Shown here one piece after another: positions 24,198 to 34,866 of a DNA stretch of 40,857 nucleotides. The stretch spans positions 1-40,857 of the IMG/VR virus record IMGVR_UViG_3300017780_003951; one strand, given 5' to 3'. Source of the DNA: a virus. Taxonomy: Duplodnaviria > Caudoviricetes. A program made the position numbers and the translations under genes. Position 1 is the first letter of the stretch. Each line of letters starts with the position of its first letter. Below the pieces are notes generated by a model. It was given only the letters and a program-made list of their open reading frames with translations. It had not been told where the DNA came from and ran no database searches.

Positions 24198-26818
24198 AAA
24201 GATTCTATCGCATTAATAAGGTTATCAATGTTTTCATAAGTAATTCCATTAATCGCAACCTTATCGAATTTTGTTCTATTACACAAATTTATAGAATTTT
24301 TATCAAAAAATTGGATAAAATCGTTAAAAATATTGTAATTTTTTACATTTGCAGTTTTTTCATCATATCCAACTTCATTAATTCGCAATAATCCACCTGA
24401 AAAAGTAACGTTTAAAAAGTCGCTTTCGTTCTTAACTTCTAATTCTAATTCTAATTCTTCATTATTCCATAGGTAATTCGCTTCTTTTATATAACCTTTA
24501 ATTATTGCTCCACTAGGATTTTGAACTCGAATAAATCCACGTACATTTTGAATGTCATTTAATAATTGTACGGCTTGTTCAAAACCACATGTTACACTTG
24601 TTTTGTAAATATCCTGATTTAGTATTTTTTTACTAGCAATATCACTTATTAAAATATCCTCATTTTCTTTTATTGGTAAAGGTTCGCCAACAAACTGTGT
24701 AGTACATTCTCCGTTTGATTTGAAATAAGTATTTTTAATTTTCTTAGTCGGTATAAATTTTCCGTAAGTTGCTAATACTTCAAACCAATGCTTAATATTT
24801 CTTTTTATAGAATAACGTAAATTTCCGAAGTTATCAGAATTACGTAAGTTTTCCGAAAAAATCAATCCTTCGTTTGTTCTATTTGTGTATAAAACATTCG
24901 TTAACGGATAATCAATAGTTATGAAATTTGTGCCAGTTCCGTCAGCTCCAGAAAATGACAATGTCAAAATGCTTGGAGTTATCGCAAAAACAACACGACT
25001 TACTCCAGTTTCTATAATAGTGTCGCCAACATTAAAGCCTAATTGATCCCAGCTAAATGTATTATCTGAAACTATTTTAGTAGTTCCTTGAGTACCGTTT
25101 GTTTGCCAAGTAAGTAATCTCGTAAATTTATTTCTTGAATTTGGTGGCAATAAAGTAATATCGGCAATAAGTATGTTATCGTCTGTGCTGTCTGAATTGT
25201 TGTTTGTAGAAAAAACAGACTTTCTAGCTGTTTCAATAGTAAAAAAATCACGAATAAAAGGTAATTTAAAACTTTTTGTATTTATGGAGTTTTTAGCCTG
25301 TGGAAACCACTCGCTATCTGTATGTATTGCATCAACTGTATTTCTTTCGTTTCTGTCTTGCTCGTACTTTTCATAACCAAATACAAATTTATTTACTAAA
25401 TACTTAATATTTTTAATAATGTTTGAATCGTAAGTAGGTAATTCTAAAAAACCGCCCATGTCTACATTTCTGTAAAAATCAGGGTATTGCCCTATATAAA
25501 TTTTGTCATTATTTATCTGAGCATAAGCGCATTGCTCAAGTAAATGTTCTTTAGTGTCTTTTAACTTTAAATAAAAAGGACTTGTCGTGTTTTGTTTAAT
25601 TAAGTTTTTTGTAAATAAAAAATTGTCGTAAAACTCGCCACCTACATCGTACTTTTCAGCATCAACTGGCAAACTTCCTATTGCTTTGTAATTTTGTTTA
25701 ATTAAATCAATCCATCGAACTGCATTAATTACTGAGCTTATTGCTGTTGAAGTTGCTGTTATTTCAATAGATTCACAACTTGCGTTTACGGTAGCATTAC
25801 CTAAAATAGCACCTGTTGGAAAATTAGGCACGAAAGTAGTAAATGAAATTATTATATGTTGTCCAGAAGGCAAAGAAGGAATTGTTAACTCGTAATCTAA
25901 GTTAGTTACTGAAAATCCACCAAATGAGTTAGGAACAATGTTAACAATAGTTGATTCTGTTGAAAAATAACCCGCTCCATATTGAATTATTAAACCGCAT
26001 TGAACCGTACCTGAAGCATTTATAAAAGCTGTTAATTTATTTATTTTAATTTTTATATTGCTTAAATCTTCTTTTGCAACTATCATTCTTGCACCTCTTC
26101 TTATTTCTCTTACTTCGTCGTTTGATGAAAGAGGTGGTGTATAATAACTTTCAAACTGCACAAAACTATTATCTATGGCGTAATCTGTAAGCTGTGAGTT
26201 ACTTAAAGGAATGTAAAAACTGTCTTGTCCGAAATGATTATATACTTTGTTTTCTAAATTAAAGCTTTCCCATTTACTGCCTGAGTAAGTAGGCTTCGCT
26301 TTTAAAAACATTCTTTGCACAGGAATTGGCGTAATTGTATTATCGTCCAAATCCTTATCGCTTAATAAGTCAATAATAATATCTTCACGCTTTTTTATTA
26401 AAGCCTGATTATTATTTTGAATTACTCGGCACTTAACATAAGTTTCGTTATCTGTTTCAAAGTCTTTATTAAAGTCGATATTTCCAGTTGTGAAACTAAC
26501 GCCATTTTTTTTAAGTATGTATTTTACGTCCGCTTCGTTTCCGTTGTTTTTATTTTCTTCAATCAATAATTCAACGCCACTTTGTAAATGATTTATTAAA
26601 ACACCATCGTTATTCATGTATGAGCCAATAGGTGCGCCGTAATTAATTGCAAATTCCAGTTGACTTTCTTCGTTGCCGTAATAAGTGTCTCTTGCTATGT
26701 CGTCCTGAACTACTTTAAAATTTGATTGGTCAAAATTTGTAGGTACTATTATTTCAGTTTCGACACCTCCTATTTCTAAGAAGTGTCGAAATGAATTTGT
26801 TTCTATTGGATTGTTCAT
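24194..26818 (-). CDS. Large tail tip/hub-like protein
   Basis: 874 aa, immediately after tape measure. Confidence 0.7.
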   Translation of the reverse strand: MNNPIETNSFRHFLEIGGVETEIIVPTNFDQSNFKVVQDDIARDTYYGNEESQLEFAINYGAPIGSYMNNDGVLINHLQSGVELLIEENKNNGNEADVKYILKKNGVSFTTGNIDFNKDFETDNETYVKCRVIQNNNQALIKKREDIIIDLLSDKDLDDNTITPIPVQRMFLKAKPTYSGSKWESFNLENKVYNHFGQDSFYIPLSNSQLTDYAIDNSFVQFESYYTPPLSSNDEVREIRRGARMIVAKEDLSNIKIKINKLTAFINASGTVQCGLIIQYGAGYFSTESTIVNIVPNSFGGFSVTNLDYELTIPSLPSGQHIIISFTTFVPNFPTGAILGNATVNASCESIEITATSTAISSVINAVRWIDLIKQNYKAIGSLPVDAEKYDVGGEFYDNFLFTKNLIKQNTTSPFYLKLKDTKEHLLEQCAYAQINNDKIYIGQYPDFYRNVDMGGFLELPTYDSNIIKNIKYLVNKFVFGYEKYEQDRNERNTVDAIHTDSEWFPQAKNSINTKSFKLPFIRDFFTIETARKSVFSTNNNSDSTDDNILIADITLLPPNSRNKFTRLLTWQTNGTQGTTKIVSDNTFSWDQLGFNVGDTIIETGVSRVVFAITPSILTLSFSGADGTGTNFITIDYPLTNVLYTNRTNEGLIFSENLRNSDNFGNLRYSIKRNIKHWFEVLATYGKFIPTKKIKNTYFKSNGECTTQFVGEPLPIKENEDILISDIASKKILNQDIYKTSVTCGFEQAVQLLNDIQNVRGFIRVQNPSGAIIKGYIKEANYLWNNEELELELEVKNESDFLNVTFSGGLLRINEVGYDEKTANVKNYNIFNDFIQFFDKNSINLCNRTKFDKVAINGITYENIDNLINAIESL

Positions 26819-26819
26819 A

Positions 26820-29800
26820 TTATACGTTTTTTCCTTTAAAGTAGTCTGTGTCTATTCTTTTGTTATTAAGAAACACTTGCGTATCACTTCCTTTATTGCT
26901 TTGCATTGTTTTGGCTAATTTACTAATTCCAGCGTTAAAATCCTGAGTAGTTAGTGAATTTTGTTGCGAAATACTTTCTACCATTCCACGCATTGGCTGT
27001 ATTCCCACAGTAGATAACTGTTTGTTGATTACTTCATTCCATTGGTCGTGAGTAAAAATCTGTGTACCCTTTGGTCGGTTCATTACAACATTTCGCCCTG
27101 TTGGCTTTTCTATTTTTCCGTCTGGCGTTACAATTGTTTCTCTAAAATTTGCGCCTTTACCGTCGTTAACCATCATTAAACCCCCATCGTGTTCTCCTCC
27201 TTTCCAGAACTGCGGTATTTCTTGCGCTGAAACCATGGCTATTTGAGCCCCCCCGATTGCTCCCATAGCAATTGCTAAAGGAATACCCGCTGGGAAACCT
27301 ACTTTTGCATAAGTCGCTAGAACCGCCTGAGCTGTATTTGTTATTATATTAAATATAGCAAGTCTTTTTTGAGCTTCTGCCTCCCTTCTTTGTATTGCTT
27401 TCTTACGTTCTTCGTATTGGCGTTCTATTTCTTCTCTAGCTGTTCCGCTTTCTCCTGCAAATTTTACTGATATTTCCTTTTGCATTTCTAAACGTGAATA
27501 TTCCGCATCAAAATTGTTTTGACTCGCTTGTGCTATTGTGTTAAACGCTTCTTGGAATGCTTCTGAAATTGCAAGAGCAGCTGTAGCTCCGCCTTCTTTT
27601 AATAACTTAAAATTATCTTTAATTAAGTCAAAAGTTTTGCTAAATCCACTTTCAGAGGTAAAAGAATCTATAAAGCTATCGAAATAATCTGTATTTTTTT
27701 CTTTGGCTTTTTCTGTTTCTTCTGAAACACCTTTTATTTTATTAATTAATTCGTCATAAAACTTTATTTGACTTTCAATTTTGGCGAACTCTTGGTTTGT
27801 TTCAGATTGCGTTTGTTGTACTTTTCTTAATTCAGTTATTAAACTTTCATAATACTCAATTGTTCCGTATTTTAAAGTTTTTTCAGTTTCTTCATTTGAT
27901 TTTTTTTGCGCACTTGTTAAAGTTTCTAGCCATTTAGCATAAAAAGCAATTCCTCCCCCGATTTCTCTGTATGCTTCTGAGGTTGTAGATGTTTTACTTC
28001 TAGTTTCTTCTAATAATGAAATTTGCTTTTTTAACCACGCCTCAGTACCAAAAATTAACTGTTCTTCTTCTTTTTGAACTTTTACGGTATTTGCTTTTGT
28101 TGTATTGTAGTTTTGAGTTTTTTTATCAACTGTTTCAATAACTTTTCCGTAATTATCTGCGCTTTCTTTTACTTGTTTCCAATAAGCTAAGTCAAAATTT
28201 GCTCTTTCAATTTCTTCTTTTAAATCTTTTTCACTTTTACCAAAATTAGGATTAAATGTTCTTTTTAAAAAAGTGCTTTGTTGCTCTTCTGTTTTTTTTA
28301 ATTGTTCATTTAATTTTATTATTTTACCCGTATATTTATCAATATTCTTATCCGCTGTATTGCTTAAACTTTCAGCTTGTCCAATACTAGGGTTTAACTT
28401 TCTGCTAAGTTCGTTTAGCTCTTTTTGAAGCTTAGGGTCGTTATAACCTGCACGCATTTCGTCTTTAATATCAGAAATACGTTTTCTAATACTAGCCCTT
28501 TCTTTTGCCGAAAGTTCTACATCACTACTATTTAAACGAATATTTTCATCAAAGAATTTTTTTCCTGCTTTTTCTCCTTTTGCCCCTGCTTGCTTATATA
28601 AATCGTTCCAAGAAGTATTTACACGAATTAACAAATTAGCAATTTTGTTTAATCCGTCAACTATGAATTTAAAAAATTGACTAATTCCTCCAGTTTCGCT
28701 TTCGTTTAAACTTCTAACTAATTCCGTCCAGCTATTTTTTAATCTGTTTTGTGAAGCAGCTAATGTTTCGACTCTTTGTATAGTTTCAATTCCGTAAACT
28801 TTTTCTAACTCACGGGCAAATTTAGGTAATACTTCATCGGCTAAAAGCTTACCGTCCTTCATTAATTTACCTAACTCTACCTCAGTAACACCTACCGCCT
28901 TTGCCATAATACCAAAAGCACCCGGCAAAGCTTCGCCTAATTGACCTCGTAATTCCTCAGCTGAAACTACGCCTTTAGACATCATTTGGTTAAGCGCTAA
29001 AAATGCACGTTCTTGATTTTCAACTGATAACCCCATAGTCGCCCCAGCCTTTGAAACGCTTCTAAAAATATTTTCAATTTCCGTGGCTGATATTTTGTCT
29101 TTTGCACTTACATAAAACTGGGTGAATTGCTTTGTAAGACTGTTTATTTCTAATCCATAAGCCTCGGAAACATCACGCAAAAACGCTTGACTTCTTGCCA
29201 TTTGTTCCTGTGTCCCTGTTACTTGTCTTAGTGCGTTATCTAATGTTTGTAATTCCTTAGTAGTTTGAAATACACTTGTTGCAATACCAGCAAACAAAGT
29301 TACACCGCCAGCAATACCGAACGCACCTATCAAATCTCTTAAACCAGAAAAAGCCTGTCTATAATTACCTACGTTACGATTAAATCTACCTACCGCACGA
29401 TCAGCACTTTGAATACGACGATCCAGCCCTTGAAAAGCAGTCTGTGCTTCTCTTATTTCACGATTATATTGTGATTGGGTTTGATTTGCTGTTCTACCTC
29501 TTGCGATTAAGTCCTGTAATCTTCTGGATGCGATTTGATGTTGTGCGTTAAGGTTGTTATAAGCGCCAACTAAAGCACTTGTAGCTCTTGTTTGTCTGTC
29601 CGCATTTTGAGCAAGTTCCCTTTGATTTACAATTTCTTCACTGGTTCTTTGAACTCTTTCTCTTGATGCAGTTGTCTGTCTTTGTCTTAAACTAGCTAAT
29701 TGAGTTTCTACTTGCAATAATCTTGCTTGTGTTTCTTGTAGTGCTCTATTTCTATCTGATAATTCAGATAATAAACGCAAATATTGACTTGGAATATTTG

Positions 29801-29930
29801 AGAAAGAACCTGTGTAATTAGATACGGCAGTTGCGCCTGCGTTTAACCTTCTTATGTTCTCGTCTAAAGTTTTGTTTAGTTTATCAACTACTCTTTCTAA
29901 ATCGACTATATTATCTTTTACTTCCGCCAT
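26820..29930 (-). CDS. Tail tape measure protein
   Basis: 1036 aa, helical; LNQMMSKGVVSAEELRGQLGEALPGA signature; C-terminal IPQFWKGG. Confidence 0.92.
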   Translation of the reverse strand: MAEVKDNIVDLERVVDKLNKTLDENIRRLNAGATAVSNYTGSFSNIPSQYLRLLSELSDRNRALQETQARLLQVETQLASLRQRQTTASRERVQRTSEEIVNQRELAQNADRQTRATSALVGAYNNLNAQHQIASRRLQDLIARGRTANQTQSQYNREIREAQTAFQGLDRRIQSADRAVGRFNRNVGNYRQAFSGLRDLIGAFGIAGGVTLFAGIATSVFQTTKELQTLDNALRQVTGTQEQMARSQAFLRDVSEAYGLEINSLTKQFTQFYVSAKDKISATEIENIFRSVSKAGATMGLSVENQERAFLALNQMMSKGVVSAEELRGQLGEALPGAFGIMAKAVGVTEVELGKLMKDGKLLADEVLPKFARELEKVYGIETIQRVETLAASQNRLKNSWTELVRSLNESETGGISQFFKFIVDGLNKIANLLIRVNTSWNDLYKQAGAKGEKAGKKFFDENIRLNSSDVELSAKERASIRKRISDIKDEMRAGYNDPKLQKELNELSRKLNPSIGQAESLSNTADKNIDKYTGKIIKLNEQLKKTEEQQSTFLKRTFNPNFGKSEKDLKEEIERANFDLAYWKQVKESADNYGKVIETVDKKTQNYNTTKANTVKVQKEEEQLIFGTEAWLKKQISLLEETRSKTSTTSEAYREIGGGIAFYAKWLETLTSAQKKSNEETEKTLKYGTIEYYESLITELRKVQQTQSETNQEFAKIESQIKFYDELINKIKGVSEETEKAKEKNTDYFDSFIDSFTSESGFSKTFDLIKDNFKLLKEGGATAALAISEAFQEAFNTIAQASQNNFDAEYSRLEMQKEISVKFAGESGTAREEIERQYEERKKAIQRREAEAQKRLAIFNIITNTAQAVLATYAKVGFPAGIPLAIAMGAIGGAQIAMVSAQEIPQFWKGGEHDGGLMMVNDGKGANFRETIVTPDGKIEKPTGRNVVMNRPKGTQIFTHDQWNEVINKQLSTVGIQPMRGMVESISQQNSLTTQDFNAGISKLAKTMQSNKGSDTQVFLNNKRIDTDYFKGKNV

Positions 29931-30642
29931 CTTGTCTCTGTTTACTTATTTCTTGTGCTTTGTTTAATAGTTCTATCCACTTTATAACGTTTGTCTTACT
30001 TATATCTACCTCACGACCTAACACTTGTTCTACATCGACTAATTGCTTTTCAAAAGTATAGTTTTTTTCTTCGAATTTCTCTTCGTTTTCGCCGTATTTT
30101 CTATTGTACGTTAATTCGTTTGAGTTAATTAATTTAGCTATAATCTCTATGTTTTCATCAATAGTATTAAAGCTTCCGAACTTTGCATATTTAGAAACTA
30201 TTTTAACGCAATCATAAACTTCATTTTCTTTGTGCAAAGGGTTTTTTATTACTTTGTAATTTTTTTTAATAGACTCCAAAGCACTTACACAGTCTTTTAG
30301 AATTAAAATCTTAGATGAAAGCTGTATTTTTTCCTGTGTTTCTCTTAAACTTTTCTTTGCATACGAATTATTTAACCTTAAAAAATAATCATCGTAAAGC
30401 TCGCTAAATTTATGACTAATTAAAGCGTTTTCTTTTGACGTGTATTTTTTACTTTTATCAAATTCTGTATCTAATAAATAGAAGTTTTGAGTTGTTAAAA
30501 TTTCGTTCCATAACTCTATATTAATCTGGCTTAAATTCTGAAATATGGAAATATTCGTTTGGATTTTCCTTAGCCATAATTTCTTTAAAATATTCTTTTC
30601 TCGTAATGCTCCAATCAGTTTTTTCATCTTTTCTATAAACAT
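29911..30642 (-). CDS. Pre-tape-measure protein (tail assembly chaperone position); start uncertain
   Basis: ORF track; overlaps upstream ORF by 122 nt. Confidence 0.6.
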   Translation of the reverse strand: MFIEKMKKLIGALREKNILKKLWLRKIQTNISIFQNLSQINIELWNEILTTQNFYLLDTEFDKSKKYTSKENALISHKFSELYDDYFLRLNNSYAKKSLRETQEKIQLSSKILILKDCVSALESIKKNYKVIKNPLHKENEVYDCVKIVSKYAKFGSFNTIDENIEIIAKLINSNELTYNRKYGENEEKFEEKNYTFEKQLVDVEQVLGREVDISKTNVIKWIELLNKAQEISKQRQDGGSKR

Positions 30643-30739
30643 AAAATTCAGTTCCTAATTTATCAAACTCCTCTTTTTTTCTTTTAACGACCGCAAAAAA
30701 GCTACTGTCGAATGATTTTCCACAAGTTATACAAGCCAT
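30521..30739 (-). CDS. Hypothetical protein, 72 aa (MACITCG)
   Basis: ORF track. Confidence 0.6.
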   Translation of the reverse strand: MACITCGKSFDSSFFAVVKRKKEEFDKLGTEFYVYRKDEKTDWSITRKEYFKEIMAKENPNEYFHISEFKPD

Positions 30740-31167
30740 ACTTTTTTTAAATAAATTTCAAAAGCTTTTAAGTAAAGAGTGTTAAATAATTCATTTGTTT
30801 GCTCTTTACTCATGTTAAAATTTTCAATTCCGTATTTATCCGATATTTTCTCGAATTTACTATCTGTTGAAAATATTTCATATTCTTTGTTGTTTCTTTT
30901 TTTTACAGTCAATCCACGACCTAGCGCACCCGTCAAAGTTAAATCGACATTACCATTAGCCGAAGAGTTTATTCCTACTTTAAACATTCTATAAGATGAG
31001 CTTCTGTAATTCCCTATAACACCTCCGTTCGGGTCTTTACCGAATAACCAGCGTTTTCTAATGCCATCAACAATGTTTGTGCTGTTAAATATTATCAGAG
31101 TTCCAATCGTTTGACTTATCTGACTTTTTTCTCTTGTTGCTTTTTGTAGTAGTTGTTTGTAATTCAT
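30727..31167 (-). CDS. Putative tail completion/virion morphogenesis protein
   Basis: GKDPNG...VDLTLTGAL motif; position. Confidence 0.6.
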   Translation of the reverse strand: MNYKQLLQKATREKSQISQTIGTLIIFNSTNIVDGIRKRWLFGKDPNGGVIGNYRSSSYRMFKVGINSSANGNVDLTLTGALGRGLTVKKRNNKEYEIFSTDSKFEKISDKYGIENFNMSKEQTNELFNTLYLKAFEIYLKKVWLV

Positions 31168-31306
31168 CTTTGACTAATTTTGAAGCATTTATAAGTGCTT
31201 TTAGTTCTTTTTCCGTACGTGCCGGATTTGCTTTTCGTAAAATTGGCAAAATTGCATCGTAACTCCAAACTACATTTTCTGAAAAATCTACGTTTAATAT
31301 TTTCAT
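31085..31306 (-). CDS. Hypothetical protein, 73 aa
   Basis: ORF track; follows major tail terminator. Confidence 0.55.
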   Translation of the reverse strand: MKILNVDFSENVVWSYDAILPILRKANPARTEKELKALINASKLVKDELQTTTTKSNKRKKSDKSNDWNSDNI

Positions 31307-31319
31307 GTACTTTTATTTT

Positions 31320-31352
31320 AAAAAAATGCCCCTCTGATTTAGAGAGGCATTT
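31320..31352 (-). terminator. Terminator after major tail gene
   Basis: Minus strand AAATGCCTCTCT-AAATC-AGAGGGGCATTT-TTTT. Confidence 0.75.
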
Positions 31353-31376
31353 AATATTTATTATTAAATTTATAAA

Positions 31377-32294
31377 TTAAGCAGTAACAACAGAAGTTAA
31401 CACATTAGATTTATAATACTTTAATTCAGTATCTGCAACAATCCCTTTTAAAGAAATTGTAATTACTTCACCTGTATTAGTAGAAGTAACAAAATTTAAA
31501 GAAATATTTTCACCAGATAAAACAACAGTTGAAATAGCTCTAGCAACTCCATTTACTTTCAATTCCCAGTCCCCCACCGAATCAAATAATGAAGCGTAAG
31601 AAATTGAGTTATTGCAATTGTCAACTAAATTAACAACAATTTCTGTTACACTATCAGCTATTGGAGCAACTAAAGATACTTTAGTTTCAATAACATCATC
31701 AATTTCAGTAGGGTTAAAACCTAAAATTGTGTAAGGAATAAATACCCAAGTGTCTGTAAATTCTTTAGCGTTTTTAAACTGCATTGCGATTCTTGAATAC
31801 TCAGTCTCTGTCGCTGATAAGAATTTAAATACGTTAGCATCTAACATTCCTAAATCAAAACCTTTTAACTTTGTGCCTTGTGAGTTAGTAGTTAAAAGAA
31901 TACCGTTTGAAAAATATAATTGTGCATCCCATCTGCCCTGACCTTTTAATGACTGTAACCCTCTATCAAAACAATAACCGTTTCTAAAGTTTACATTATA
32001 CATCGGTTTTCCTTCACGTACAGACTTCATAAATCCTTGTGGAGAAGTGTAACGCTCATTTTCTGGTGTAGCATCTTCAAAGGCATCTACATTTAATAAT
32101 TGGTGCAATTTACCGTCAGTAATTAAACCTCTAAATACTGTCTCGGTATAACCGTTTGCTGTTGTGGCTAAAGTTGTTCCTTTGTCATTTAAACCAACCC
32201 CTAAAAAGTCGCTTAAATCCCCAATAGGGCAAGTCCCTACGCCTGTTCCAATAACAACGCCCTCGCATTGTCCTAATTGTTGGAATAATACCAT
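31377..32294 (-). CDS. Probable major tail protein
   Basis: Size, position, trailing terminator, Ig-like C-terminus. Confidence 0.65.
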   Translation of the reverse strand: MVLFQQLGQCEGVVIGTGVGTCPIGDLSDFLGVGLNDKGTTLATTANGYTETVFRGLITDGKLHQLLNVDAFEDATPENERYTSPQGFMKSVREGKPMYNVNFRNGYCFDRGLQSLKGQGRWDAQLYFSNGILLTTNSQGTKLKGFDLGMLDANVFKFLSATETEYSRIAMQFKNAKEFTDTWVFIPYTILGFNPTEIDDVIETKVSLVAPIADSVTEIVVNLVDNCNNSISYASLFDSVGDWELKVNGVARAISTVVLSGENISLNFVTSTNTGEVITISLKGIVADTELKYYKSNVLTSVVTA

Positions 32295-32307
32295 ATCTTT
32301 TTTATTT

Positions 32308-32841
32308 TTAAATTAATATACATTCTGGAGCAATCTCCATTTTTAACTTTAATATTTTTGCATCAACAATATCAATAGTAATGCTTTTTTTACCTTTTTC
32401 TGTTATTGTTTTAAAGTCGTTTGTTTCTGAACTTTCAACCCCGTAATTAGGCTCGTCATAATCTGGTAAAAACTTTGTGCCGTTTAATAAAGTAGTGTAA
32501 GGGTTTTGCCTTAAAGTATCGTTTACCATCTTGTAAGTTGGTTCTAAATAGTTCAAATAAGAAGTATTAAATCTCTTATCATTCATCATACTTGTTTCTT
32601 TGTTTCCAAAAAATAAATATAATTGACTATCTACTTTAATTTTACCGTTTGCAAGTCTTTCGTGTGGCGCTATTACATACCATATAAGAGGGTACTTTTG
32701 TTGTTGTCCTCTCATTTTTTCAGCTACCCAAAAGTTAAATTCTTTTTGATCACCAAAATGAAATTGAACAGACACATCGTCTTGACCTACTTTAATAGTC
32801 TTGCCCTCAAAAACCTTTTTTAAAGCCATTGCTACAATCAT
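32308..32841 (-). CDS. Putative neck/tail-terminator protein
   Basis: KYPLIW motif; position. Confidence 0.6.
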   Translation of the reverse strand: MIVAMALKKVFEGKTIKVGQDDVSVQFHFGDQKEFNFWVAEKMRGQQQKYPLIWYVIAPHERLANGKIKVDSQLYLFFGNKETSMMNDKRFNTSYLNYLEPTYKMVNDTLRQNPYTTLLNGTKFLPDYDEPNYGVESSETNDFKTITEKGKKSITIDIVDAKILKLKMEIAPECILI

Positions 32842-33470
32842 ATTCCGAACTCGTTTTTAAAGTTTAAAGGTCTTGCGTTGTAGCCTGTATAATCTAGTTT
32901 GTTATCCATTAAAAACTGCAAGTAACTTACGTAACCATTGTTTGCATTGTGATTATAATAATCAACAAATAAAACACCGTTATAAAAATGATTTGTAGGT
33001 TCATTGCAATAAATACCTTGATACATTTCAACAAATTCATTCCATACATCAACTAAGTGTTGCGTTGGGTTAATATTAATGCCGTTTTTAGGTATTACTA
33101 CTATTTGACCCATCGGCGAATTAATATCCGTTTGATAATGATTTACGTATGTGTAATGCGCTAGAATAGAAACTTTATAAAGCCCTTGTTCGTATTTTAA
33201 ACCTTGCCAAGTATAATCCTTACCATCTTTAGTGTAAGTACAACCGTTTACCAAATTTAACCACTTCTGAGGTGCTGTATTAATCAGCACCCCGTCTATG
33301 ATATTTGTGTCTAAATCAGCAAATAAAACATTGTTTAAAGTCATTTGTATAAATTGACGCACATATCTATCAATCGAAGTGTTTAAACTTACTAACTCAG
33401 TTGAGTTATGCTCTTCGATATTTGGTATCGAAATAGATTTTAAAAAATATGTTTTGTCAATTAAATACAT
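32838..33470 (-). CDS. Putative head-tail adaptor
   Basis: MYLIDKTYF start; position after capsid. Confidence 0.6.
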   Translation of the reverse strand: MYLIDKTYFLKSISIPNIEEHNSTELVSLNTSIDRYVRQFIQMTLNNVLFADLDTNIIDGVLINTAPQKWLNLVNGCTYTKDGKDYTWQGLKYEQGLYKVSILAHYTYVNHYQTDINSPMGQIVVIPKNGININPTQHLVDVWNEFVEMYQGIYCNEPTNHFYNGVLFVDYYNHNANNGYVSYLQFLMDNKLDYTGYNARPLNFKNEFGI

Positions 33471-33473
33471 TTG

Positions 33474-33638
33474 TTACTTTTTTGTTGTTTTCTTTACTTC
33501 TTTTGCCTCGAATAATTTAGCTACTTTCAAATCACTAACAAAAATGTTAGCATTATCCCTACTAAAAGTTTTTACTTCGCCTTTTTTAATACTTTCAAAA
33601 TCGGCAGTAAACTCGATTTGTTTATCTGATTTTGCCAT
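33474..33638 (-). CDS. Small basic protein, 54 aa (MAKSDKQIEF...KTTKK)
   Basis: Hand-translated; fills capsid-adaptor gap. Confidence 0.65.
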   Translation of the reverse strand: MAKSDKQIEFTADFESIKKGEVKTFSRDNANIFVSDLKVAKLFEAKEVKKTTKK

Positions 33639-33649
33639 ATTTTAAAATA

Positions 33650-34855
33650 TTAAGTTGCTAAAGTTCCTAATGCAGCGGAAATACTTGTAACTTTTCTGAA
33701 GCCTCCTTTGTCAGCTTCTCTAATTAAGAAAGCTAATCTTTTACGAGCTTTTAAAGTCATTGCGTCTTCAATGAATTGATCTCCTACCATTCCAGTAGAT
33801 AACTCAACCCCGCCAGTTTCGTAAATTTTAGCGTAACGAGTATCACAAACTACCAAAGTATTAGCTGGTGCAATATTCGATTCAATAACTACCATACCAT
33901 CAATATTTCTACCGTCAGCAGAAACAAAAGGAGGTAAAAGATAATTGTTTTCTCCGTCTTTTTTTAACTTCATTTGGTTAATAACTGACTTACGAGCGAT
34001 AACAGCGTTAGGCATATATTTCGAACCTCCTACTGTAGTAATGTCCTCAGATACTTTTATAATTAAATCATAAATATTAGCGTCAACAATTCCAGAAGCT
34101 ACAGGTGTGTAAGCTGGAGACGATTGATATAACCCTACTAAAGTGTTAGATGCCCCTGTCCCGTTACATAATTGGCTGTCAACTACTAATTGTACGTTAG
34201 TATCTAAAAATAAAGACAACTCAGACGCAAACATTGCTTCGTCTTCTAAAAACTCTTCAGTAACTGGTAAAGTGTCCCCTATTTTTTCTAATACGATAGA
34301 ACCTTTTTTGAATTTAGCAGTTGACTCTGGAAAAGCAGCGCCCTCAGCAACCGAAGCAGCCGCTCTCGCAATAGTAGCCTCATCCCAATCATAGTAGCGA
34401 ATAGTTCCGTTGTGGTTTGAGCTAGATACTTGTACTTTTGGAAAAATATTATATAAAGATAATTTTCTAGTAGCTAATTGTCCAATGCCAGTTAAGTCAA
34501 CTGCTTGTTGGTTGTTGGCGATAGAAGCTCTGTTTGAAATTGCTTTTAAAGTAACAGATTCCTTTGTTTCTCCTTTAGCGACTTTTGTAATTGCTTCTTT
34601 GTTTTCTGCGATTTCGCTTTTTAATGTTTTCACGCTTTCTTCTCCTTTAGATCCCTTTTCTAATAATTGTTTAGCAACTTCCGCCCCGATTACATCGTCT
34701 AAGTTTTTGTTAGCTTCGGCGATTTGAGCCTTTACAGCTTCTGAAATTTGCCCTTCTAATTGTTTGGCTTCGTGCGCCTTTAATTCTGTTTTGTATTGGT
34801 CTAACTGCTCAGCAGTCATAGCTTCCAATTCGGATGTGTTTTTGTAAACAAACAT
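33650..34855 (-). CDS. Major capsid protein (HK97 fold)
   Basis: N-terminal coiled coil; VAEGAAFPES, VTEEFLED, QLCNGTG, LKLKKDGENNYL-type motifs. Confidence 0.9.
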   Translation of the reverse strand: MFVYKNTSELEAMTAEQLDQYKTELKAHEAKQLEGQISEAVKAQIAEANKNLDDVIGAEVAKQLLEKGSKGEESVKTLKSEIAENKEAITKVAKGETKESVTLKAISNRASIANNQQAVDLTGIGQLATRKLSLYNIFPKVQVSSSNHNGTIRYYDWDEATIARAAASVAEGAAFPESTAKFKKGSIVLEKIGDTLPVTEEFLEDEAMFASELSLFLDTNVQLVVDSQLCNGTGASNTLVGLYQSSPAYTPVASGIVDANIYDLIIKVSEDITTVGGSKYMPNAVIARKSVINQMKLKKDGENNYLLPPFVSADGRNIDGMVVIESNIAPANTLVVCDTRYAKIYETGGVELSTGMVGDQFIEDAMTLKARKRLAFLIREADKGGFRKVTSISAALGTLAT

Positions 34856-34866
34856 AAATTTTAATT

